Shown here: piece after piece, positions 18,275-26,134 of the stretch
Numbering within the stretch: the first letter of the stretch is position 1
Layout of the letters: every line of letters starts with the position of its first letter
Source: Alkalilimnicola ehrlichii MLHE-1
Lineage (GTDB): Bacteria > Pseudomonadota > Gammaproteobacteria > Nitrococcales > Halorhodospiraceae
Direction: 5' to 3'
Length of the DNA stretch: 32,000 nt
Assembly (NCBI RefSeq): GCF_000014785.1
Contig: NC_008340.1
Location: 1,770,001-1,802,000 of the forward strand
Made by a program: the position numbers and the translations under genes
Notes under the pieces: generated by a model
The model's database searches: none
What the model saw: the letters and a program-made list of their open reading frames with translations, nothing else
What the model was told of the DNA's origin: nothing

Positions 18275-21200
18275 ATGGCGACCCCCGCAGAGGAACTGGA
18301 CCGCAACGAAAAGCTGGGCGGCATCGGCTGTTCCCGCAAGCGCAAGGAGGACCCGCGCTTCATCCAGGGTAAGGGCCATTACGTGGACGACATTCAACTG
18401 CCGGGCATGGTGTTCGGCGACTTCGTCCGCAGCCCCCACGCCCACGCCCGCATCAAGGCCATCCACAAGGACAAGGCCCTGGCCCACCCCGGTGTCCACG
18501 CCGTGCTCACCGCCGAGGACCTGGCCCCGCTGAACCTGCATTGGATGCCGACCCTGGCCGGCGACAAACAGATGGTGCTGGCCGACGGCAAGGTCTGCTT
18601 CCAGAACCAGGAAGTGGCCATGGTCATCGCCGACGACCGCTACATCGCCGCCGATGCCCTGGAGCTGGTGGAGGTGGAATACGAGCCGCTGGAGCCGCTG
18701 GTGGACCCGCACCGGGCCATGGACGATGAGGCCCCGGTGATCCGCGAGGACCTGGCGGGCCAGAGCGAGGGTGCGCACAGCAAGCGCGTGCACCACAACC
18801 ACATCTTCACCTGGGACGTGGGCGACAAGGCCGCCACCGACAAGCTCTTCGACGAGGCCGAGGTCACCGTCAGCGAGAAGATGCTCTACCAGCGGGTGCA
18901 CCCCTGCCCACTGGAGACCTGCGGCTGTGTCGCCGATTTCGACAAGGTGAAGGGCGAGCTGACCGTCAACCTCACCTCCCAGGCGCCCCACGTGGTGCGC
19001 ACCGTCTTTTCCATGCTCTCCGGCATTCCCGAGAGCAAGGTGCACATCAACGCCCCGGACATCGGCGGCGGTTTCGGCAACAAGGTGGGCGTCTACCCCG
19101 GCTACGTGGTGGCGACCGTGGCCTCCATCGTGCTCGGCCGGCCGGTGAAGTGGATCGAGGACCGCATCGAGAACCTCTCCACCACCGCCTTCGCCCGCGA
19201 CTACCACATGACCGGCGAACTGGCCGCCACCCGGGACGGCAAGATCCTGGGCCTGCGCGCCCACGTGCTCGCCGATCACGGCGCCTTCGACGCCTGCGCC
19301 GACCCCAGCAAGTGGCCCGCCGGCTTTTTCAACATCTGCACCGGCAGCTATGACATCAAGACCGCTTACGCCCGGGTGGACGGGGTTTACACCAACAAGG
19401 CCCCGGGCGGGGTGGCCTACCGCTGCTCCTTCCGGGTCACCGAGGCCTGTTACCTGATCGAGCGCATGATCGACGTGCTGGCCCAGAAGCTCGACATGGA
19501 CAAGGCGGAGATCCGGTTCAAAAACTTCATCCAGCCCGAGCAGTTCCCCTACCCCTCGGCGCTCGGCTGGGAGTACGACAGCGGTGACTACCCGCGCGCC
19601 CTGCAGCAGGTGCTGGACGCCTGCGACTATCCGGCCCTGCGGCGTGAGCAGAAGGAGCGGCGCGAGCGCGGCGAGATCATGGGCATCGGCCTGTGCACCT
19701 TTACCGAGATCGTCGGCGCCGGCCCGGGCCGCAAGTGCGATATCCTCGGCGTGGGCATGTTCGACAGCGCCGAGATCCGGGTCCACCCCACCGGCAGCGT
19801 GATCGCCCGCATGGGCACCAAGACCCAGGGTCAGGGCCACGAGACCACCTACGCCCAGATTATCGCCACCGAGCTGGGCCTGAACTCCGAGGACATCCAG
19901 ATCGAGGAGGGCAACACCGACACCGCCCCCTACGGCCTGGGCACCTACGGTTCGCGCAGCACGCCGGTGGGCGGCGCCGCTACCGCCCGCGCCGCGCGCA
20001 AGATCCGCGACAAGGCGAGAAAGATCGCCGCCCACCTGATGGAGGTCAGCGACGAGGACCTGGAGTGGACCGGCGAGGGCTTCCGCGTCAAGGGCGTGCC
20101 CGACCAGACCAAAGGCATACAGGAGATCGCCTGGGCCGCCTACAACAACACCCCGGAGGGGATGGAGCCGGGGCTGGAGGCGGTGGAGTACTACGATCCG
20201 CCCAACATGACCTATCCCTTCGGCGCCTACCTCTGCGTGGTGGACATCGACCGCTACACCGGCGAGACCCGGGTCCGGCGCTTCTACGCCCTGGACGACT
20301 GTGGCACCCGCATCAACCCGATGGTGATCGAGGGCCAGGTCCACGGCGGACTCACCGAGGCCTACGGCGTCGCCCTGGGCCAGGAACTGCCCTACGACGG
20401 CGCCGGCAACATCCAGGGGGCCTCGCTGATGGATTACTTCCTGCCCACCATGGTGGAGAGCCCGCACTGGGAGACCGACCATACCGTCACCCCCTCGCCC
20501 CACCACCCCATCGGGGCCAAGGGCGTGGGCGAGTCCTCCCACGTGGGGGGCATCCCCTGCATCTCCAACGCCGTCAATGACGCTCTGTCCCCGTTCGGCG
20601 TCACCCACGTGGACATGCCCCACAACGCCTACCGCGTCTGGCAGACACTGCACGCGTTGAAGCTGGACCGCCACCCGGAGGCCGACACCGTCGCACCCTT
20701 CCAGCCGAAGGCCCGCCGGCCCAAGGCCGCGGCGACGGAACGGCCGGCGGAGGCGCCCGCCGGGAAAGCGGCCGGCGCCAAGGGCATGGAGGTTCGGCTG
20801 GAGCGGGACTACGGCCTGGATGTCCCCGCCGACCCGGCCTGGACGCTGATGCAGGACATCCGCGAGGTGGCCGCCTGCATGCCCGGTGCCTCCATCGTCG
20901 AGCAGACCGGCGAGCGCACCTATCTGGGCGAGATGCGCCTCAAGGTGGGCCCGATCACCTCGGCCTTCAAGGGCGATATCGAGGTGCTGGACCTGGACCC
21001 GACACGCCAGACCCTGCGCCTGCGCGGTGAGGGCGGCGACACCAAGGGCAGCTCCAGTGCCCGCATGACGCTGCAGGCGCGCATCGTCCCGGAGACGGAG
21101 GCACAGTGCCGGCTGGAGGGGGTCTGCACCATCGAGCTGACCGGAAAGCTGGCCAGTTTCGGTGGGCGGATGCTGGAGAACATCTCCGACCGGTTGCTCT

Positions 21201-21358
21201 CCCAGTTCGTCGCCAACTTCGAGAACCGGGTGGCCGCCGGCGGCGAGGGCAGCAAGGCGGAGGCCGCCCGCGAGCGGGTGGCCAGCGGGCCCAAGGAGCT
21301 GAGCGCCCTGGCCCTGCTCTGGCAGATGATCAAGAGCTGGTTCGGGGGCCGGCGCTGA
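18275..21358 (+). CDS. coxL: Form I CO dehydrogenase large subunit fused to a C-terminal CoxG (SRPBCC) domain
   Basis: 1027 aa ORF with the form I signature AYRCSFR (Cys codon at 19424-19426, residue 384) and GAKGVGESSHVGG. After a Lys/Ala/Pro linker at about 20700-20785, a CoxG-like domain follows (MEVRLERDYGLDVPADPAWTLMQDIREVAACMPGASIVEQTGERTYLGEMRLKVGPITSAFKGDIEV...LLSQFVANFENRV). Confidence 0.95.
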   Translation: MATPAEELDRNEKLGGIGCSRKRKEDPRFIQGKGHYVDDIQLPGMVFGDFVRSPHAHARIKAIHKDKALAHPGVHAVLTAEDLAPLNLHWMPTLAGDKQMVLADGKVCFQNQEVAMVIADDRYIAADALELVEVEYEPLEPLVDPHRAMDDEAPVIREDLAGQSEGAHSKRVHHNHIFTWDVGDKAATDKLFDEAEVTVSEKMLYQRVHPCPLETCGCVADFDKVKGELTVNLTSQAPHVVRTVFSMLSGIPESKVHINAPDIGGGFGNKVGVYPGYVVATVASIVLGRPVKWIEDRIENLSTTAFARDYHMTGELAATRDGKILGLRAHVLADHGAFDACADPSKWPAGFFNICTGSYDIKTAYARVDGVYTNKAPGGVAYRCSFRVTEACYLIERMIDVLAQKLDMDKAEIRFKNFIQPEQFPYPSALGWEYDSGDYPRALQQVLDACDYPALRREQKERRERGEIMGIGLCTFTEIVGAGPGRKCDILGVGMFDSAEIRVHPTGSVIARMGTKTQGQGHETTYAQIIATELGLNSEDIQIEEGNTDTAPYGLGTYGSRSTPVGGAATARAARKIRDKARKIAAHLMEVSDEDLEWTGEGFRVKGVPDQTKGIQEIAWAAYNNTPEGMEPGLEAVEYYDPPNMTYPFGAYLCVVDIDRYTGETRVRRFYALDDCGTRINPMVIEGQVHGGLTEAYGVALGQELPYDGAGNIQGASLMDYFLPTMVESPHWETDHTVTPSPHHPIGAKGVGESSHVGGIPCISNAVNDALSPFGVTHVDMPHNAYRVWQTLHALKLDRHPEADTVAPFQPKARRPKAAATERPAEAPAGKAAGAKGMEVRLERDYGLDVPADPAWTLMQDIREVAACMPGASIVEQTGERTYLGEMRLKVGPITSAFKGDIEVLDLDPTRQTLRLRGEGGDTKGSSSARMTLQARIVPETEAQCRLEGVCTIELTGKLASFGGRMLENISDRLLSQFVANFENRVAAGGEGSKAEAARERVASGPKELSALALLWQMIKSWFGGRR

Positions 21359-21360
21359 CC

Positions 21361-22242
21361 ATGCTCTCCGCGCAGCGCTACCGGGACGCCCTGGCCGGTG
21401 CCGGCTACATCGCCGACTCCGGCCTCGCCGCCACCCTCAGCCTGGCCGACCGCCTGGGCCGGCCGCTGCTGCTCGAGGGCGAGGCCGGGGTGGGCAAGAC
21501 CGAGGTGGCCAAGGCCCTGGCCCAGGTGCACCGCTGCCGGCTCATCCGCCTGCAGTGCTACGAGGGCCTGGATGCCCAATCGGCCGTCTACGAGTGGGAC
21601 TACCAGCGCCAGCTCCTGGCCATCCGGCTGCTGGAGGCGGAGGGCCGCGCCGGCGAGGAGGCGGAACAGGCCATCTTCTCCGAGCGCTACCTGTTGCGCC
21701 GCCCGCTGCTGGAGGCCATCAGCCAACCCGAGCCACCGGTATTGCTGGTGGACGAGATCGACCGCGCCGACGAGGAGTTCGAGGCCTATCTGCTGGAGGT
21801 GCTCGCCGAGTTCCAGGTCACGGTGCCGGAACTGGGCACCCTGAGCGCCAATACCCGGCCCCGGGTGGTGCTCACCTCCAACGCCACCCGCGAGCTCTCC
21901 GACGCCTTGCGCCGGCGCTGCCTTTATCACTATCTCGACTTCCCGGACGCGGCCCGCGAGATCGCCATCGTCCATGCCCGGGTGCCGGACCTGCCCGAGG
22001 CGCTGGCCCGGCAGGCGGTGGCCTTCGTCCACCGGCTGCGCCGTGAGGGCCTGCGCAAATCCCCCGGGGTGGCCGAGACCCTGGACTGGGCCGCCGCCCT
22101 GGCCGGCCTGGGGGTGGAGCAGTTGGACCGGGAGCCGGAGGCGGTGCTGGAAACCCTGGCCTGCCTGATCAAGACCCGGCAGGACCGGGACGCCCTGACC
22201 CCGGAGCGGCTTCAGGCGCTGGCCGCCGGAGGCGCCGGATGA
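21361..22242 (+). CDS. coxD: CoxD, MoxR-type AAA+ ATPase
   Basis: LLLEGEAGVGKTEVAKALA Walker A, PPVLLVDEIDRADEEFEAYLLE Walker B, VVLTSNATRELSDALRRRC. Confidence 0.93.
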   Translation: MLSAQRYRDALAGAGYIADSGLAATLSLADRLGRPLLLEGEAGVGKTEVAKALAQVHRCRLIRLQCYEGLDAQSAVYEWDYQRQLLAIRLLEAEGRAGEEAEQAIFSERYLLRRPLLEAISQPEPPVLLVDEIDRADEEFEAYLLEVLAEFQVTVPELGTLSANTRPRVVLTSNATRELSDALRRRCLYHYLDFPDAAREIAIVHARVPDLPEALARQAVAFVHRLRREGLRKSPGVAETLDWAAALAGLGVEQLDREPEAVLETLACLIKTRQDRDALTPERLQALAAGGAG

Positions 22243-23372
22243 CCCTGCCCGCCGCCGAGCAGCTCCTCGCCTTCACCCGCGCCCTGCGCGCCCGCGGTTG
22301 GCCCATCGGCCTGCAGGAACAGCAGGATGTGCTGCGGGTTGCCGAGCAGACCGGGCTGGAGGACCCGCGGCGACTGGCGCGGGCCCTGCGCCCGCTGTGC
22401 TGCGGAACCCGGGAGCAGTGGCACGGCTTCGAGGCCCTGTTCGAGCAGTGGTGGCGGCCCCGGCGCGGGGTGCGGAGCCGCGCCCTGGGCCCGGGTGGCG
22501 GGCTGCACCCTGCGCCGGGCCGGGCCGGCGTAGAGGAGGCCGCCCCGCAGCCGGACCGCCCCGCCGCGGGTGACGCCGGGGATGCCGATCCCGCCGGCGC
22601 CCGTGCCGGGGCCAGCCCGCAGGCGGGGCTGGGCCGCACCGACTTCCGGCACCTTTGCGACCCGGAGGAGTCCCGCGCCCTGGACGCCCTGATGGACCGC
22701 ATGGCGCGGCGCTGGCAGCGCCGCGTCCGGCGCCGCTGGCGGGCCCTGCAGAAGGGCCGGCGGCTGGCGCCGCGGGCCACCCTGCGCCGCAGCCTGGCGC
22801 GGGGCGGAGTGCCCTTTGATCCGGTCTGGCGGCGACCGCGTCGGCAACCCCCGCGGCTGATCCTGCTGGTGGACGCCAGCCGCTCCATGAACCTGTACAG
22901 CTACCGGTTCCTGCGCTTCGCCGGCAGTGCCCTGCAGGCCTTCCCGCGCAGCGAGGCCTTTATCTTTCACACCGAACTGGTCCGCATCACCGACGCCCTG
23001 CAGGAGGCCCGTCCGGAGCGGCTGCGGGAGAAGCTGGCCCTGCTCTCCACCGGCTGGTCCGGCGGCACCCGCATCGGCGCCTGCCTGGCGCGCTTCAACC
23101 GCCAGTACGGTGAGGGGGTACGCCGGCGCAGCGTGGTGCTGATCTTCAGCGACGGTCTGGACACCGGCGACCCGGAGACCCTCACCCGGGCCCTGGCCGA
23201 ACTGCGCGGCCGCGCCGGACGCCTGCTCTGGCTCAACCCACTGATGGGGCGCAGTGGCTATGCCCCGGAGGCGCGGGGGATGCGCAGCGCCCTGCCCTAC
23301 CTGGACCGGCTGGCACCGGCCCACACCCTGGACAGCCTGCTGGCCCTGGAACAGGAACTGATCCGCCTCTAG
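22239..23372 (+). CDS. coxE: CoxE, VWA-domain protein
   Basis: ILLVDASRSMNLYSYRFLRF MIDAS-like DxSxS motif, VVLIFSDGLDTGDPE, ATGA overlap with coxD. Confidence 0.92.
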   Translation: MTLPAAEQLLAFTRALRARGWPIGLQEQQDVLRVAEQTGLEDPRRLARALRPLCCGTREQWHGFEALFEQWWRPRRGVRSRALGPGGGLHPAPGRAGVEEAAPQPDRPAAGDAGDADPAGARAGASPQAGLGRTDFRHLCDPEESRALDALMDRMARRWQRRVRRRWRALQKGRRLAPRATLRRSLARGGVPFDPVWRRPRRQPPRLILLVDASRSMNLYSYRFLRFAGSALQAFPRSEAFIFHTELVRITDALQEARPERLREKLALLSTGWSGGTRIGACLARFNRQYGEGVRRRSVVLIFSDGLDTGDPETLTRALAELRGRAGRLLWLNPLMGRSGYAPEARGMRSALPYLDRLAPAHTLDSLLALEQELIRL

Positions 23373-23390
23373 CGCGGGGGAGCCCGTCCG

Positions 23391-24284
23391 ATGGAACACA
23401 ACAGCGCCGTACTCCGGAAACTGCAGCAACTGACCGCGGCCGGCACCCCCTGCGCGCTGGTCACTGTGGTGCGCGCCGTCTCGCCCACCTCGGCCAAGCC
23501 GGGGGAGAAGGCGGTGGTCACCGCGGAGGGCGCCATCCACGGCTGGATCGGTGGCGGTTGCGCCCAACCGGCGGTGTTGGGCACCGTCCGCGAGGCCCTG
23601 GCGGACGGTGCCGCGCGGTTAATCCGGATCTCACCCGGGAAGGGCGATCAACCGCAAGTGGCGGGCATCACCGATTTCAATATGGCCTGCCACAGTGGCG
23701 GCACCCTGGATATCTTCATCGACCCCCTGCTGCCCAGCCCCGTGGTCAATCTCTACGGCAGTGCCCCGGTGGCGCGTCACCTGGCCGCCCTGGCCGCCCG
23801 CATGGACCTGCGGGTGCAGGTACTGGCCCCCGGGACCACGCTCGCCGACTTCCCCGAGGCCGCCGCCCACCACAACGCCTTCCCCACCCCGGAGGACTGG
23901 CCCGCGCCACAATGGGCGGTGGTGGCCACCCAGGGCCGCGGCGACCGCCCCGCGCTGGAGGCCGCCCTGCAGACAGCGGCCGACCCGGTGGCCTTTATCG
24001 CCAGCCCCCGTAAGCGGGACAAGCTCCGGGACGAATTGCGCGGGCGCGGCGTCTGTCCCAGCCGGCTGCAATGCATCCGGACCCCGGCCGGCGTCCCCAT
24101 CGGGGCCCGTACCCCGGCCGAGATCGCCCTGTCGGTGGTGGCACAACTGGTGCAGTGGCGGCGCGGCGCGGACAGCACCCCGGCCGCGAAGGCCGGGGCC
24201 GAGGACAGCGGGGTGGCAACGGAGCCGGAAGCGGCCCCGGCCGCCCGTCCGGAGACCCCAAGCTGCTGTGGAGGTGGTGTATGA
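23391..24284 (+). CDS. coxF: CoxF, XdhC-family protein
   Basis: XdhC/CoxI-family motifs GWIGGGCAQPAV and CHSGGTLDIFIDPLLP, a Rossmann-like C-terminal domain, and an SCCGGGV C-terminus. Confidence 0.85.
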   Translation: MEHNSAVLRKLQQLTAAGTPCALVTVVRAVSPTSAKPGEKAVVTAEGAIHGWIGGGCAQPAVLGTVREALADGAARLIRISPGKGDQPQVAGITDFNMACHSGGTLDIFIDPLLPSPVVNLYGSAPVARHLAALAARMDLRVQVLAPGTTLADFPEAAAHHNAFPTPEDWPAPQWAVVATQGRGDRPALEAALQTAADPVAFIASPRKRDKLRDELRGRGVCPSRLQCIRTPAGVPIGARTPAEIALSVVAQLVQWRRGADSTPAAKAGAEDSGVATEPEAAPAARPETPSCCGGGV

Positions 24285-24883
24285 GCCCGTACATGGCCGC
24301 GGTCTTGCTGGCCGCCGGCGAGTCCCGCCGGATGGGCCCGGTCAACAAGCTCCTGCTGGAGGTGGACGGTGAGCCGCTGGTGCGGCGGACCGCCCGGGTC
24401 CTGCTGGAGGGGGGCGTGGGGGACCTGCTGGTGGTGCTGGGCCATGAGGCGCCGCGGCTGCAGCCCCTGCTCAGCGACCTGCCCCTGCGGACCGGACTCA
24501 ACCCCCGCTACCCCGAGGGGCAGATGAGCTCCGTCCATTGCGGTCTGAGCGCCTTGGGCGGCCGGCCGGAGGGCATCCTGATCGCGCTGGCCGACCAGCC
24601 CACCCTGCAGCCCCGGGATGTGGCCCGGCTTATTCGCTGTTACCGGGAACGGGGGCACCACACCATCGTCGTGCCCACCCACCGGGGCCAGCGGGGCAAC
24701 CCCATTGCCCTGGACCCCGGGCAGCGGGAGGCGATCCTGCGGGGCGGGCGCAACCTGGGCTGTCGCCGGCTCATCGAACGCTGCCCCGAGCGGGTGAAGG
24801 CGGTGGAGATGGCCAGCCCCAACTACGTGATCGACCTGGACACCCCGGAGGACCGGGACTTCTTGCAGGAGGCGGTGTCATGA
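24281..24883 (+). CDS. mocA: MobA/MocA-like nucleotidyltransferase (putative molybdenum cofactor cytidylyltransferase)
   Basis: MAAVLLAAGESRRMGPVNKLLLEVDGEPLVRRTA; ALADQPTL. ATGA overlap with coxF. Confidence 0.85.
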   Translation: MSPYMAAVLLAAGESRRMGPVNKLLLEVDGEPLVRRTARVLLEGGVGDLLVVLGHEAPRLQPLLSDLPLRTGLNPRYPEGQMSSVHCGLSALGGRPEGILIALADQPTLQPRDVARLIRCYRERGHHTIVVPTHRGQRGNPIALDPGQREAILRGGRNLGCRRLIERCPERVKAVEMASPNYVIDLDTPEDRDFLQEAVS

Positions 24884-25695
24884 GTGGGCGCGAGGTGCTC
24901 GATGTACTGGTGGAGCTGCGCGACCAGGGGGCGCCCCATGCGCTCGCCACGGTGGTGGAGGTGGAGGGCTCGGTCTCAGCGGAGACGGGTGCCAAGGCCG
25001 TCTTCGACGGGGAGGGCCGCCTGCTCGCCGGTTGGGTGGGTGGCGGTTGCGCCGACGCGGCCACCGCCCAGGCAGCGCGTCGAAGTCTGGAGGGCGGGCG
25101 GGGCGAGCTGATCCTGGTGGATATGGATGACGAGATCCTGGGCACCGGCGTGCCCTGCGGCGGACGCATGCGGGTTTGGGTGGAACCGGTGCTGCCCCGC
25201 CCCACGCTCTGGCTGCTGGGCGCGGGCCGGCTCACCGAGACCCTTTCCCGGATGGCCGCTGCCACCGGTCTGCGCGTCGTGGTCAATGACCCGCGGGCCA
25301 GCCGCGAACGCTTCCCGGAGGCGAGCGCCATCCACGCGGACGACCTGGACTACGCCGCCCTATGCCCCGACCCCGGTGACTTCGTGGTGGTGGCCACCCA
25401 GCACAAGGGCGATCACCACGCCATTGCCCGCGCCCTGGCCTGCGGCGCCGGCTATATCGCCCTGGTGGCCAGCCGCAAGCGCGCCGCCCTGGTCCTGCAG
25501 GGACTGCGCGAGGACGACCACGATCAGCAGCGGTTGAGCGCGGTGGTGGCGCCGGCCGGGCTGGATCTGGGCGGGCGGGAGCCGGAGGAGATCGCGCTCG
25601 CCATCCTGGCCGAGATCGTCATGCTGCGGCGCAACGGCAGCGGCCGACGCCTGCGCGACATCAAACCCCTGCCGACGCCGACCCCCGAGGTGTAA
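24880..25695 (+). CDS. coxI: CoxI-like XdhC-family protein
   Basis: GWVGGGCADAAT, CGGRMRVWVEPVLP, LLGAGRLTETLSRMAAATG (Rossmann). ATGA overlap with the preceding gene. Confidence 0.82.
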   Translation: MSGREVLDVLVELRDQGAPHALATVVEVEGSVSAETGAKAVFDGEGRLLAGWVGGGCADAATAQAARRSLEGGRGELILVDMDDEILGTGVPCGGRMRVWVEPVLPRPTLWLLGAGRLTETLSRMAAATGLRVVVNDPRASRERFPEASAIHADDLDYAALCPDPGDFVVVATQHKGDHHAIARALACGAGYIALVASRKRAALVLQGLREDDHDQQRLSAVVAPAGLDLGGREPEEIALAILAEIVMLRRNGSGRRLRDIKPLPTPTPEV

Positions 25696-25699
25696 GCCC

Positions 25700-26134
25700 G
25701 TGGACGACCTCTATCGCGATATCATCCTGGACCATTACCGCCATCCGCGGCGGTTCGGCCCGGTGGAGCACTTTCCCCTGCGCGGCGAGGCGCGCAACGC
25801 CCTCTGCGGTGACGAGCTGCAACTGGGACTGGCGCTGTCGGGCGACCGGGTGTCGGCGATGGGCTTTCACGGTCGCGGCTGCGCCGTGTGCATGGCGGCC
25901 GCCTCGCTCTGCTGCGAGCGGCTGCCGGGAACCAGCGCGGCCCGGTTGGCCCTCTGGCCGGCACAGTTGGATGCGGCCCTGAAACGAAACGACGACGGCC
26001 TGCTGCCCGCGCCGCTGGAGCCCCTCACCTTGCTACGCGCCTATCCCGCCCGACACCGCTGCGTGCTGCTGATGGCAGAGGCGCTGGCCGAGGCGCTGGC
26101 CGGCCGGGTACACCCCGACGCCCTGGCTCAGTAA
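25700..26134 (+). CDS. IscU/SufU-like Fe-S scaffold homologue in the cox cluster
   Basis: DDLYRDIILDHYRHPRRFGPVE...ARNALCGDELQL...GFHGRGCAVCMAAAS...RHRCVLLMAEAL matches the IscU/SufU three-cysteine pattern. GTG start 4 nt after the coxI stop. Confidence 0.78.
   Translation: MDDLYRDIILDHYRHPRRFGPVEHFPLRGEARNALCGDELQLGLALSGDRVSAMGFHGRGCAVCMAAASLCCERLPGTSAARLALWPAQLDAALKRNDDGLLPAPLEPLTLLRAYPARHRCVLLMAEALAEALAGRVHPDALAQ

Noticed and set aside
18260-20674. 804 aa minus-strand ORF opposite coxL
   Set aside because: Antisense frame of a strongly conserved coxL. Val/Gly/His-rich low-complexity translation, not a real protein.
22212-23567. 451 aa minus-strand ORF opposite coxE
   Set aside because: Antisense to the VWA-domain protein, with no recognisable motifs.
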